A DNA stretch of 62,303 nucleotides, counting the filler. It is 7 parts of 7 records of this genome, joined end to end, with 100 filler letters (N's around TTAATTAATTAA, not from the genome) between each part and the next. Parts side by side here need not be neighbours in the genome. Positions count along the whole stretch, not along the records: positions 47,980 to 54,501 come from SRR31156797_62638; positions 54,602 to 62,303 come from SRR31156797_62691; 5 more parts are not named here. The stretch is one strand, 5' to 3'. The translations under genes and the position numbers were made by a program. This document shows, one piece after another, positions 49,612 through 60,187 of the stretch. Numbering within the stretch: position 1 is the first letter of the stretch; every line of letters starts with the position of its first letter. The notes below the pieces were generated by a model. The model had not been told where the DNA came from and made no database searches. It saw nothing but the letters and a program-made list of their open reading frames with translations.

Positions 49612-51684
49612 ATGAGCAAAGCAGGAGTACTGGTTTCAAACAGGAAAAGAAATAAAAAACTAACAAAAAGTCAAAAAAGTCAAAAAATTAAAAAAGAGAT
49701 AAATATCGGAATTAAATTAAAACTATCGCTAATGTTTTTCGTAATTATTACTATAATTACTGCTTTTTTATGTATCAAAGAGATTAAAAGTTTGGAAAAA
49801 GAAAAATTAGCTACTATTAAAGTTTTAGCTAATAATAAAAATATTGCTATTGATAGTTATCTGAAAATGCAGCTAAAAGGAAGCGAACTTTTCCTTCATT
49901 CAATATCTAAAAATATTGATGTGAATAAAGCGCTTTATGATAATGATGCAAAAACAATGAGAACTTTGACCAAAAGTAATTTCTTAAACTATGCAAACAG
50001 TGTGGGAATTAAAAATTTCTATTTTGTTGATAAAAACAAAAAAGTTCTGTATTCACATAATAAAGTAAGAAAAAGCAATTTGAATAGTCAGCTTATAGAT
50101 GATGCTCTTAAAAAGAATCAAGGTTATCTTGGGCTTGATGCAGGTAAAAACGGGCTTAATATTAAAGCTGTCGAAGCTATGATCTACATGGGAAATTTAA
50201 GCGGTTATGCAGTTGTTGAGACTCAAGTTGACGGAATGGTACTAACTAAATATATCGAATCATTAAACGAGAAGATCAAAGAGAACGGATTTGAGGTTTC
50301 ACTAATATATAGTGCAGTAGATAAGTTTAAAGTAGGAGGTTCAAACTTTGAATTTGAAGTAACAGAGGATGCAAACTCTATCCTTGAAAAGTTAAGCAAT
50401 AACTTCTCATTCGTAAATGAAAATGAAAAAGATGCAATAACTTATTTCTCAATTAAAAACTATAAAGATGAAACAATAGGGTATAAAAAATTCAAATTTA
50501 ATATTGAAACTCTTAACCAAGAGCTTCAACAGAAGATAAGAGAAGCTGTATTCTTTTATCTCTTAATGGGAATTATATTAATTACCGCAATGATTCTCTT
50601 CATCGACAGAATGATCCTAAGAATAATCAAAAAAATCGGAATAATAATTTCAGAAGTATCGCAAGGTAATCTGAATGCTAAAATCGAAGTTAATTCAAAA
50701 GATGAAATGGGAGCTTTCTCACAATCATTTAATAAAATGGTAGTTAGTTTCAACAATATCGTTAAAAAATTAGATGGTGAGTCAGATCTTCTACAAAACC
50801 TTGCAGAAAAACTATCTGAAAATTCAAGTGATCTAAATAATGAAACTGAAATAATAAATGAAACTATTGAGTATCTAACAGAGAGTTTCTTTGAAGTATC
50901 TGATGTAACAAATCATACTGAAACTCAATTAGTCGAAATAAACACATTAAATTATGACATTAATAATGAAATTACTGAAATCAAAAATCAGAGTAATAAA
51001 ATTAATGAATTAAGTGAAAACAGCTCTAAAAGAATGAATGATATAAACAACTCTACTATAGAATTAAAAGAAAGAATCGATACTTCATCAGCTTCTATAA
51101 ATGATCTATCAGAAGAATTAAAAGAGATTAAAGAAGTAATGAATAAAATAACTGATATCTCTGGAAAAACAAATCTTCTGGCACTAAATGCGGCTATTGA
51201 AGCAGCAAGAGCAGGTGAAGCCGGAAAAGGTTTTGCTGTAGTTGCTGAAGAGGTAAAGAAATTATCTAACGAAACTCAGGATTTCACTCTTTCTGTAGAG
51301 GAGATAATTAATAGAATACAAAATGATATGAATATTATCGAAGAGGATATGAGAATCGAGAACCAAAAAACAGAGGAAAACTTATCATTAGTAAAAATAG
51401 CCTCTAAAGATTTCGAAACAGTTAAATCAGAAGTTATTGATATCAATAGTAAAATTGATGATATTACTGAAAAAATTAATTTTCAGAATAATCTGTTTGC
51501 CAATATTAATGAAGATATGCTTAAGATTAATCAATCAAATGAGCGTTTAAAAGAAAAAAGTGAGGAACTTGAAGCTATTTCAAAAAATAACTTCAAACTC
51601 ACAGAAGATATCGCTGATTATTCAACTAAACTGGATGAGCAATCAAATAACATTAAAGAGATGATTAGTTTCTTTAATAAATAG
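49612..51684 (+). CDS. Methyl-accepting chemotaxis protein (Cache-like sensor, HAMP)
   Basis: [33 protein letters not shown]; two TM helices; HAMP. Confidence 0.95.
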   Translation: MSKAGVLVSNRKRNKKLTKSQKSQKIKKEINIGIKLKLSLMFFVIITIITAFLCIKEIKSLEKEKLATIKVLANNKNIAIDSYLKMQLKGSELFLHSISKNIDVNKALYDNDAKTMRTLTKSNFLNYANSVGIKNFYFVDKNKKVLYSHNKVRKSNLNSQLIDDALKKNQGYLGLDAGKNGLNIKAVEAMIYMGNLSGYAVVETQVDGMVLTKYIESLNEKIKENGFEVSLIYSAVDKFKVGGSNFEFEVTEDANSILEKLSNNFSFVNENEKDAITYFSIKNYKDETIGYKKFKFNIETLNQELQQKIREAVFFYLLMGIILITAMILFIDRMILRIIKKIGIIISEVSQGNLNAKIEVNSKDEMGAFSQSFNKMVVSFNNIVKKLDGESDLLQNLAEKLSENSSDLNNETEIINETIEYLTESFFEVSDVTNHTETQLVEINTLNYDINNEITEIKNQSNKINELSENSSKRMNDINNSTIELKERIDTSSASINDLSEELKEIKEVMNKITDISGKTNLLALNAAIEAARAGEAGKGFAVVAEEVKKLSNETQDFTLSVEEIINRIQNDMNIIEEDMRIENQKTEENLSLVKIASKDFETVKSEVIDINSKIDDITEKINFQNNLFANINEDMLKINQSNERLKEKSEELEAISKNNFKLTEDIADYSTKLDEQSNNIKEMISFFNK

Positions 51685-51753
51685 ATCTTAAATAATAAAT
51701 ATAAAATTTCTTTTCCATACATACCACAATTTTATACTTTTTAAGTATAAGCT

Positions 51754-51783
51754 AAACTCCCTTATTTAAGGGGGTTTTTTGTT
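51754..51783 (+). terminator. Intrinsic terminator
   Basis: AAACTCCCTTA-TT-TAAGGGGGTTT followed by a T-run after the MCP gene. Confidence 0.7.
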
Positions 51784-52086
51784 TCCCTAATTTTAAGTTC
51801 GTAGACAATTTCTAAAATATCGGTTTAGCTAAAACTAACCAATGTTATAGTTTAGTGATTTGATAAAAAATTATATCAATATAGCTTAACTTTTGTGTTA
51901 TAATTAAAGAGAGACATTAATTCACTAGTACAGCTAATCCTTTGTTAATTTTTCCAATTCACCTTAAAATAATCTATATTTTATTGCAAGAAAAGTTACT
52001 TAGAAATAGAATGGTAATATTAGAGTAATTGTGTAATTTTGTTTCAAATATTTTTTTAAAAATAAATTTAGGTTGGTGGTAAAACG

Positions 52087-53850
52087 ATGAGATTAAATAC
52101 AAGAATAAGTACAATTATGTTTATCTATAGTATAATTGTAACTTTATATATTATTATCTTTTTTAACTATACTATCATTGGTTCATATCAGGAATTAGAG
52201 GATGACGAGATAAAAAATGCCTCTACAAGCTTAAACTCTGTAGTAGAAAATGAATTTGATTATATGGCTGGAAGAAATATTGAATGGGCGTTTTGGGATG
52301 ATATGGCTGATTATACCCAAAGTAAAGACATGACATTTGTAGATAAGTATTTAGGACCAGGAGTTATTGAAACTGTTGGAATTAATTTCTTTTATATTCT
52401 GGATGTTAATAAAGAGATCATTCACCTTATTGATTACGATATGGAAACTCAGGATTTAGCGGAAAATGATTTAAATTTCGTAAACAAAATCCGAAACTCT
52501 TTTGATGATGCTCCCTATTCCGGATTTTTTAACTATAAAGATAAAGTCTATTTACTTTCGATAGAGGCAATCAAAAAAACAGACGGCTCGGGAAAAGCAC
52601 ACGGTTATATAGTAATGGGTTATCATCTCGACGAAGCACAAACAAATATTCTAAGCAGTAAATTTATATCCAAAATCAATTTTGATGTTAAAAAAGCAAA
52701 ACCTATAGAAATAAGCAAAATGGAGAAAACAGATGATTCAGTAAAAATCTCTCTATGTTATCCTTCATTGGACTCAGAGTTTCATTTATGCGTCTCATCA
52801 AATATCAAAAGAGATATTATGCAGGCTGGTAAAACAACATTTAGAAGAATCGCTTTTACATCTGCTATTACACTCCTGATTTTTATTTTCATTGTTTATC
52901 ATCTTATCAATTGGCAGGTTATAAAAAGAGTTTTGGAGCTTAATAAAAGAGTTAAAGAGATCTCTCTTGATGATGAGATTTCAAAAAGAGTTAAAATAAA
53001 CGGTCTAGATGAGATCGCTGATTTAAAAAATGAAATTAATGACATGCTGGACATAATTGAATCCAACAGAAATGATTTGGCGAATAAGAATCAGGAAATC
53101 ATTGAAAGTATTGAATATGCCAGATTACTCCAGGAAACAATACTTCCCAGACACTCTATATTCGACAAGCATTTTGGTGAATATTTCATTCATTGGAATC
53201 CAAAAGATACTATAGGCGGAGATTTTTATTGGGCGTATGAAGCTGACAACAACTTTTATTTTGCAATAGCTGACTGTACAGGACACGGAGTTCCCGGAGC
53301 CTTAATGACTATGTCTGCCAGTGCAACACTAAATAATCTATTGACTAAAAAGAAGGAATTCTCAACAGGTGAATTAATGGGACTTTTAAATAAAAATCTA
53401 AAAAACATCTTGAATAAAGACAAAAATAAATATACTGATGACGGACTTGATATTGCAATATGCAAACTTAATTTAGCTTCCAAATCACTTGAATTTACAG
53501 GTGCAAAAATTAATCTTAAATATCTTGAGAAAGATAAATCTGAACTGCAAATAGTCAAGGGAGACAGACAAAGCGTGGGATATATTAAGAGTCAAATAGA
53601 ATATGAATATAGCACTTATCAACTTGATACAACAGACAAACAGTTTTACTTCACAACAGATGGTTTTGTTGATCAAAATGGTGGAGTTAAAAACTTGCCA
53701 TATGGTAAAAAAAGATTAAAAAATTTACTTGAAGAGAATAGAGAGCTTAGTTTAACAGAGCAAAAAGAAATCATAATCAAAGATTTAAAAGAATACATGG
53801 GTAAAGAAGTACAAAGAGACGATATTACTCTTTTAGGGTTTAAAATTTAA
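52087..53850 (+). CDS. CHASE4-HAMP-SpoIIE (PP2C/RsbU-like) membrane phosphatase
   Basis: EWAFWDDM (CHASE4), HAMP, GGDFYW, IADCTGHGVPGA, TDGFVDQ, QRDDIT. Confidence 0.92.
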   Translation: MRLNTRISTIMFIYSIIVTLYIIIFFNYTIIGSYQELEDDEIKNASTSLNSVVENEFDYMAGRNIEWAFWDDMADYTQSKDMTFVDKYLGPGVIETVGINFFYILDVNKEIIHLIDYDMETQDLAENDLNFVNKIRNSFDDAPYSGFFNYKDKVYLLSIEAIKKTDGSGKAHGYIVMGYHLDEAQTNILSSKFISKINFDVKKAKPIEISKMEKTDDSVKISLCYPSLDSEFHLCVSSNIKRDIMQAGKTTFRRIAFTSAITLLIFIFIVYHLINWQVIKRVLELNKRVKEISLDDEISKRVKINGLDEIADLKNEINDMLDIIESNRNDLANKNQEIIESIEYARLLQETILPRHSIFDKHFGEYFIHWNPKDTIGGDFYWAYEADNNFYFAIADCTGHGVPGALMTMSASATLNNLLTKKKEFSTGELMGLLNKNLKNILNKDKNKYTDDGLDIAICKLNLASKSLEFTGAKINLKYLEKDKSELQIVKGDRQSVGYIKSQIEYEYSTYQLDTTDKQFYFTTDGFVDQNGGVKNLPYGKKRLKNLLEENRELSLTEQKEIIIKDLKEYMGKEVQRDDITLLGFKI

Positions 53851-53858
53851 AATTATCT

Positions 53859-53895
53859 AAGCTAGTTTTCAAAATTATTGAAAACTAGCTTTTTT
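53859..53895. terminator. Terminator between convergent genes
   Basis: AAGCTAGTTTTCAA..TTGAAAACTAGCTT inverted repeat followed by Ts. Confidence 0.8.
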
Positions 53896-53936
53896 ATTGG
53901 TTTATAATTCTATATAAAGTAAAATAAATATAAGGT

Positions 53937-54501
53937 TTAACTTTTTTTCTTTAATCTATTTTTGATTTCTTTTGTTTCTTCTTCAAATCCAGGCTTTTCA
54001 AGCAGAGCAAACATATTTTTCTTATAGGCTTCCACTCCCGGCTGATCAAATGGATTTACGCCTAATAGATATCCGCTTACACCACATGCTTTTTCAAAGA
54101 AGTAAAACATATACCCCAAATGATATGCTGTTGCCTCAGGGATATTAACCTTGATTGTCGGAACACCTCCGTCATTATGCGCTAGGATCGTTCCTTCAGC
54201 TGCCTGCTTATTAACATAATCCATAGTTTTACCGCTTAAATAGTTTAAACCATCTAGATTTGCTTCGTCTAATCCCAGAGTTATATCGTATTGCGGTTTT
54301 TCTATGTTTATTAGAGTCTCGAACATAATTCTCTTACCATCCTGAACATACTGTCCTAACGAATGTAAATCTGTAGAAAAATCTGCCGACGAAGGAAATA
54401 TTCCTTTCCCATCTTTTCCCTCAGATTCTCCAAACAACTGCTTCCACCATTCCGCCACATAGTGTAGTCTCGGTTCATAGTTAATCAACATCTCAATATC
54501 T
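53937..54501 (-). CDS. pgi: Glucose-6-phosphate isomerase, C-terminal part
   Basis: [36 protein letters not shown]. Confidence 0.95.
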
Positions 54502-54601
54502 NNNNNNNNNNNNNNNNNNNNNNNNNNNNNNNNNNNNNNNNNNNNTTAATTAATTAANNNNNNNNNNNNNNNNNNNNNNNNNNNNNNNNNNNNNNNNNNN
54601 N

Positions 54602-55143
54602 CCACAAATAAAAACCTGGAAGAGATGGTTGAATCCAACCAGTTTCGCCGGGACCTGTTGTTCCGGCTAAACGTGTTTCCAATATTCATACCGCCTTTGA
54701 GAGAACGAAAAGAAGACCTCCCGGCCCTGCTCAGGCATTTTATAATTAAAAAATCTAGAGCATTGAAACTGGCCTCCGTCCCTAAAATCGCTCCCGACTC
54801 AATTGATGGATTGCTGCAATATGACTGGCCCGGAAATGTTCGGGAAATGGAGAACATTATTGAACGCGCTTTAATTACAAATCCCGCCGGTCCGCTCAGG
54901 TTTGACAGCGTTTTTTTTCCCAAAAGAAAAACAACAGCCGGCATTAAGCACGAAGACAGTCAACGACCTCCTACGTTTGATGAAGTGATATGCGATTATA
55001 TCCAAAAGACTTTGCAGGCTACAAACGGTAAAATCCATGGCCCCGGAGGCGCGGCCGAAAGGATGGGCATTAATCCGAGTACGTTAAGAAGCAAGATTAA
55101 AAAGCTCGGTATTGGTTATGACCGAAAAGGCGCCGACAAATAA
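54602..55143 (+). CDS. Sigma-54-dependent (NtrC/FhlA-type) activator, C-terminal part
   Basis: FRRDLLFRLNVFPI..PPLRER, WPGNVREMEN, Fis-like HTH GAAERMGINPSTL. Confidence 0.93.
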
Positions 55144-55246
55144 GGTTAAAACAAGCGAGATGGGTTTTTCAGTTAAAAAGTCCCATCCCGTGTAATGAGC
55201 AGCTATATTAAGTTGCCGGCTAACATGATAAGGCTCCTGACCTCTT

Positions 55247-55885
55247 TTAATTTCCAGACCGGGCGGCCAGATACCTGATAACCTTTAATTCAAATTCCAG
55301 GCTGCTTTCATCCGGCGTATGCACAGGCGTCATGCAGGTCACCATTTGTATATCATCGACATGCACTTTAAAAAAGTCCACGCCTACCTTGCGGCGGATC
55401 TGTCGTTTCAGGTCATTCATCATTTTTTCAGTGCCGTTGCGCACAAAAAGAATGACCGCATTCCCGCTGTTTTCCTCAAAAAAGAGTTCAAGCAGTTTAA
55501 GCCAGATATGGCCTTCAGGTAAATCATGGCGATAATCATGTATCTTGTCGATATTGAAAATATGGTGAGCCAGTTCAAAAAAACAATTCAGTTCCAATTG
55601 TTCCGTTATTTCCATTCCTGCATCTGTAATTAACCTTTTGATATCATCCAATTCGGCAAGACCGCTTGGTTTGACCATCAGGAAAAAAGGAAGAGGTGAT
55701 TGAAGGTCGATAGCAGCCAGATCCGTTAGTGCAATCGGATCAAATTCATAATGCGGCCGATTATCCAGTTCCACTGTTCGAAATCGCCGTAGTACAAACT
55801 CGAGGAAAAACTGTTTGAAAGAGAGGTTAAACAGCCTCCAGACATTCCGCTTTACAATTTTTCGCAGCATGCGCAAGGTCAACAC
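55247..55885 (-). CDS. Divergent nucleoside-diphosphate-kinase-like protein
   Basis: FLMVKPSG resembles NDK IKPDG; LKRQIRRKVG; VHTPDES..E resembles NDK HGSDS..E; overlaps the stop of the upstream gene. Fold assignment is by eye. Confidence 0.6.
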   Translation of the reverse strand: MLTLRMLRKIVKRNVWRLFNLSFKQFFLEFVLRRFRTVELDNRPHYEFDPIALTDLAAIDLQSPLPFFLMVKPSGLAELDDIKRLITDAGMEITEQLELNCFFELAHHIFNIDKIHDYRHDLPEGHIWLKLLELFFEENSGNAVILFVRNGTEKMMNDLKRQIRRKVGVDFFKVHVDDIQMVTCMTPVHTPDESSLEFELKVIRYLAARSGN

Positions 55886-57516
55886 AGAAGACCTTCATTC
55901 ACGCCTTGGGCAAGGTTGTCCGTGTACTGTTCTCGAAACATGCCGCATTCTCCGCTTAAAATCATATCAAGGGCTTGATCAGGTGCATAGGGAGTCCTGT
56001 CATATCGATTTTCAGTGAGCGCTGCATAGGCGTCAGCCAGTCCTACAATTTCCGTCATGGGCCAATTTATGGCCACGCCGTGATATCCCTTGGCATCTAT
56101 GCGTTCGTGATGATGGCGGGCAATTTCACCTTCAACCATGTACCCGGCTTTGTGCAGCAAGTCTCGTCCCAGGCTGGTGTGACGGCGCAAGGCATACTTG
56201 CTGCTTTTGGATAATCCGCTCCTGTGAGCAAGATGTTTAATCTTCGGATGCGCCTTGCCGATATCATGGAGAAATGCGGCCCGCATAAGATAATACACGG
56301 TTAAGAAATGCCATTTCATTAGAAATCCCAGCCGGCCTGCAACAAGGGCCGTTCTGGCAAAGTGCGAAAATAAAAAGTGGTCGGTATTAATGCCAAGGTT
56401 GCTAAATAAGTTTTTAACGCCTTTTTCGTGAATAATATTTTCCAATATGGCGTCAGGACTGGAATAGTTTGTTTCATAAACCCCATCCATGCCCTGTTCC
56501 ACCATTAGATTATATTCCCGCGTGACGTCACAACAATACCGGGAGCAGACATCATCATTCAATGGGTTGTGAGACCTGAACCACTGCCAGATCAAGCGGT
56601 TCTGGCGAGGGTCGTCAACACTGGCGATTGGTTTGCCCCGTTCCCGAATGTAGATGTTACAAGGATATATCTGATTTCCGGCAACAGTTTTTTCGTCCAG
56701 CACCACGTAGCATTTTTGAGCTGCTTTTTGCCGCAGTCCCCGGGTTGAAAAGAAATGACGGGCGCGATAGTTCAAAAAGGGATACCCGCCTTCGGCAATC
56801 TTTTCCAGTTGCGGCTGGATGCGCTCGGCATACAAACGCCTTTCCTTTTGGGAAAAAACGGACTGGGCCACAGGGATCAGCCTGATGTCGTCAGGTTTGA
56901 ACACTTCCAGAAAGTGCGCTACGATTTCAGGAAGCTTTGTGAAATTTTGTTTTGTCACCGCCAGGCAGATGACGATAATAAAAGGAACAGTTTGCTTCAG
57001 CAGGCTCAATCGGGTCAGATTTTCTTTTACCCGGCAATAAATCCCGGGTTTTCGCCCCATGAGATAAGCATCCTCATCGTTTTTCGCATCCAGGGATACA
57101 AACAGGTAGCGTAATCCCGATTTAGCCATTTCCGCATATGTTTCATATGGCGCCAGCCCGTTGGTGCTGATGGAAGTTTCCATGCCGTACTGCCCGGCAA
57201 TTCTAACATACTCAACTATTTCCGGGGACTGGGTTGGTTCAAGCCCTGTCAGGTGGACATATTTCAGGTTGCGCGAACGCCAACGCGAAATCATTCTTTC
57301 AAATTCGGTCAGAGTGGGCGGAAGAATATGCGGTTCAATGCCTTTGCAATAGGTGCAGTGCAGGTCGCATTGATTGGACACGAAGAACACGCTGCGCCCG
57401 TTCAGATCGAAATTCAAATTGGCGGGCGGGGAAATGAATTGTTTCAAAAGCATTTCACCCCGCAGACTGTCCAGTGAATATAGCGTCGGGCTCAGGCGGT
57501 CCAGGGTTTTGTCCAT
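55879..57516 (-). CDS. Radical SAM enzyme fused to a C-terminal HD-GYP-like domain
   Basis: CDLHCTYC, LTGLEP, STNG, VSLD; Cys-rich auxiliary region; HDIGK, HHERIDAKGY, LADAY. Confidence 0.88.
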   Translation of the reverse strand: MDKTLDRLSPTLYSLDSLRGEMLLKQFISPPANLNFDLNGRSVFFVSNQCDLHCTYCKGIEPHILPPTLTEFERMISRWRSRNLKYVHLTGLEPTQSPEIVEYVRIAGQYGMETSISTNGLAPYETYAEMAKSGLRYLFVSLDAKNDEDAYLMGRKPGIYCRVKENLTRLSLLKQTVPFIIVICLAVTKQNFTKLPEIVAHFLEVFKPDDIRLIPVAQSVFSQKERRLYAERIQPQLEKIAEGGYPFLNYRARHFFSTRGLRQKAAQKCYVVLDEKTVAGNQIYPCNIYIRERGKPIASVDDPRQNRLIWQWFRSHNPLNDDVCSRYCCDVTREYNLMVEQGMDGVYETNYSSPDAILENIIHEKGVKNLFSNLGINTDHFLFSHFARTALVAGRLGFLMKWHFLTVYYLMRAAFLHDIGKAHPKIKHLAHRSGLSKSSKYALRRHTSLGRDLLHKAGYMVEGEIARHHHERIDAKGYHGVAINWPMTEIVGLADAYAALTENRYDRTPYAPDQALDMILSGECGMFREQYTDNLAQGVNEGLLC

Positions 57517-57630
57517 TAGGCCATATAATTCCTTTCTTGATTCTTTAAATATAAATCAATAGATGATTGGGGTCGATGTTTTTTTTTCCCTCAATGCAAT
57601 GACCTCCAATTTTTAATTCTTGGGAATGTA

Positions 57631-58185
57631 TTAAGAGTCAACCGGACCGTCGTCACAGGCCGATATAAAAGTCTCGGCTGTAACCACCTGGAACAAAGGG
57701 TATAGAGGGCTGTTTTGATGTGTTTTCAAGGTCGCATCGTGGTAATCCCGGTTAAAGGAGGCGCAACAGTCGGAAATGATGTAAGTCCGAAAATCAAGGG
57801 CCAGGGCGTCAAAGGCCGTGTTCAGGACGCACCAGTGAGTGTTGATGCCGGTAATGGCCACGGCGTCGACGTTGTACAGGTTAAGCGTCTGGTCAAGGTC
57901 GGTCTTGAAAAAAGCGCTGAAACGTCTCTTGGGAAGGTAAATATCCCGATCGCTTTGTTCGATCTGATCCATGACTTCGGCGCCGTTTGTACCGCGTAGA
58001 CAATGTTCCTTCATTTTTCCCCCGAATATGAAATCTCCGGGAAGGAAGCTATCCATGGCGAAAATTACAGGAATGGATAGCTTCCGGGCCTGCCTGGTCA
58101 ACTGGTTAATCGCCGGTGCAATTTCAAGAGAAAATGGTTTGACCGCGTCTTTCAGCATGTCAACAACTATAATTGCCGGTTTCAA
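57631..58185 (-). CDS. Isochorismatase/cysteine hydrolase family protein
   Basis: IIVVDM, HCLRGT, KRRFSAFFKTDLD, GINTHWCV. Confidence 0.92.
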   Translation of the reverse strand: MKPAIIVVDMLKDAVKPFSLEIAPAINQLTRQARKLSIPVIFAMDSFLPGDFIFGGKMKEHCLRGTNGAEVMDQIEQSDRDIYLPKRRFSAFFKTDLDQTLNLYNVDAVAITGINTHWCVLNTAFDALALDFRTYIISDCCASFNRDYHDATLKTHQNSPLYPLFQVVTAETFISACDDGPVDS

Positions 58186-58270
58186 TTCGGTTCACCTTTT
58201 CCTATTTTGTCAGTCCTTAATCGGCAGTTATTCAGATTCGCTCCGGGAGCATAACCTTGGATCATTCGTA

Positions 58271-60187
58271 TCAATCCTGACCCAGATCGAGGGTGTACTC
58301 TGATTTGGGCAGCTTGTAAAGCTTTTCGATTATATCGCCGTACCGTTTTTCAATTGTGGCTTTCTTGACCTTCATGGTCGGCGTTACTTCCTCATCATCC
58401 TGAAAAAGTTCATCCTCGAGAATATAGAACTTTTTTATCTGTTCCACCTGGGCCAGTTCCCCATTCTTTTCCCGGACAATTTCCCAGACCGCTTCGAGGA
58501 TCTGTCTATTCCTGGTCAATGAACGAAAATCCCGGTAAATTATTCTGTTGTCCCTGGCAAAGCGGATCACTTCGTCCTCATCCAGTGTAAATAGACAAAC
58601 CAGGTAAGGCTTGGCTTCGCCGTAAACAATGGCCTGGCTTATAAATCTGTGGGTCTTCAGGATGTTTTCTATGTGCTGGGGTGCGACGTTTTTCCCCGCG
58701 GCTGTAATTAGAATGTGCTTTTTCCTGTCGACAACGGAATAATAGCCCTGGTCGTCGACCTTGCCGACATCGCCTGTTTTCAGCCAGCCGTCATCCGTAA
58801 AAATATTTTTGGAAGCTTCTTCATCCTTATTATAGCCCTTGCAGATAAGCCAGGGTGCATAGACCTGAATCTCGCCGTCTTCGGCCAGCCGGACGTCAAT
58901 ACCGGGGATAGGCTTTCCGACCGTCCCGATTCGGTACTCATCCAAACGGTTGCACATAATGATACTGCTTGTTTCGGTTTGCCCAAACACTTCGATCAAC
59001 GGCATGCCGATTGCCGCGAAAAAGTCCAGAATCCTCGGGGCTATGGGAGCGCCTCCGGTAAGCGGAATTATCATCCTCCCGCCGAACATTTTTTTAATCC
59101 GTCGGTAAACCAACAAATGACAAAGCAAAAAAAGGAATCGAAGATTAAAGGGAACGCTCGCCTCTTTCCGGCGCAGTTCCAATATTTTTGTTCCCAGATC
59201 GAGGGAATACTTTATAAGGCGTTTCCGAAACCAGGGCGCCTCATCAATAGTTCCAATTATCTTGTTATAGATTTTTTCATATAACCGGGGAGTGCAGAAC
59301 ATCCATGTTGGTTCAGTTTCATATATGTCATCCATGGCCGTATTCATCATGTCCTCTGCGACTGCAATGGGGCATCCCGCGGAAATACTGCTGAAAAGGG
59401 TCAGGGTCAAGCCGCCGGCGTGAGCCAGCGGTAGAAAACAAAAGGCGAGATCTTTTTCATTAATCGGAAAAGCCTGTGTAAAGGCCCAACAGCAGAATAA
59501 AGTATTTCCATGAGTGATGATCGCTCCCTTGGCCAGGCCGGTTGTGCCGGATGTATAAATAAGCGCCAGGGGCGTGTCATAATCCGGCCGCAAGGTCCTG
59601 TTTTCTATCTGTTCCAGAGTTTCCGAATTTATGGAGTTGCGGCTTTGTTCCAGGAATTCCTTGAAAAGATAAAACTTGTCGTTATCCGTCTCATCAATTT
59701 TTTCAAACGAGATAATACTTTCCAATGTGGGGCAGGCGCCCTTGATTTCAAGTATTTTGTCGGCTTGTTCCTGTTCCTCGACAAAACAAAATTTGGCATC
59801 CGAGTTATTAATAATATGTTCGCATTGAGACGGGCTGTTGGTGTGATAGATGCAAACCAGCCTGCCGCCGGCCAGAAGTATGCCAAGGCATGCGGATATC
59901 CATTCCACCCGGGTTTTGGAGAATATGGCAATCGAATCTCCGTATTCCATGCCAAGTTCAATCAGGCCCCGGGCAATGGTTTTGGCTTCCCGGTCCATTT
60001 CAATCCAACTGATATCTGTCCAGCGACCGTCTATTTTGGCCGCGGCCATGGCGGAGTCTCCGTATTTTTTAACCTGTGAATCCCACATGGCGCCGACGTT
60101 TTTCCATTTCCGCCAATCAGAGGGGGCCGAAAACTCCTTTGTGTCCTCATGTTGTATATGAACAGCAGCTTGATTGTGAGCCATCAT
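58271..60187 (-). CDS. Long-chain fatty acid-CoA ligase (AMP-dependent synthetase)
   Basis: IYTSGTTGLAKG, FGQTE, WLKTGDVG, DRKKHILITAAGKNVAP, TPTMKVK. Confidence 0.93.
   Translation of the reverse strand: MMAHNQAAVHIQHEDTKEFSAPSDWRKWKNVGAMWDSQVKKYGDSAMAAAKIDGRWTDISWIEMDREAKTIARGLIELGMEYGDSIAIFSKTRVEWISACLGILLAGGRLVCIYHTNSPSQCEHIINNSDAKFCFVEEQEQADKILEIKGACPTLESIISFEKIDETDNDKFYLFKEFLEQSRNSINSETLEQIENRTLRPDYDTPLALIYTSGTTGLAKGAIITHGNTLFCCWAFTQAFPINEKDLAFCFLPLAHAGGLTLTLFSSISAGCPIAVAEDMMNTAMDDIYETEPTWMFCTPRLYEKIYNKIIGTIDEAPWFRKRLIKYSLDLGTKILELRRKEASVPFNLRFLFLLCHLLVYRRIKKMFGGRMIIPLTGGAPIAPRILDFFAAIGMPLIEVFGQTETSSIIMCNRLDEYRIGTVGKPIPGIDVRLAEDGEIQVYAPWLICKGYNKDEEASKNIFTDDGWLKTGDVGKVDDQGYYSVVDRKKHILITAAGKNVAPQHIENILKTHRFISQAIVYGEAKPYLVCLFTLDEDEVIRFARDNRIIYRDFRSLTRNRQILEAVWEIVREKNGELAQVEQIKKFYILEDELFQDDEEVTPTMKVKKATIEKRYGDIIEKLYKLPKSEYTLDLGQD

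Noticed and set aside
55879-57516. Calling the radical SAM a viperin or MoaA
   Set aside because: I could not find viperin-type (CNYxCxFC, SGGEP) or MoaA C-terminal CxxC..C signatures; only the analogy in gene context is kept
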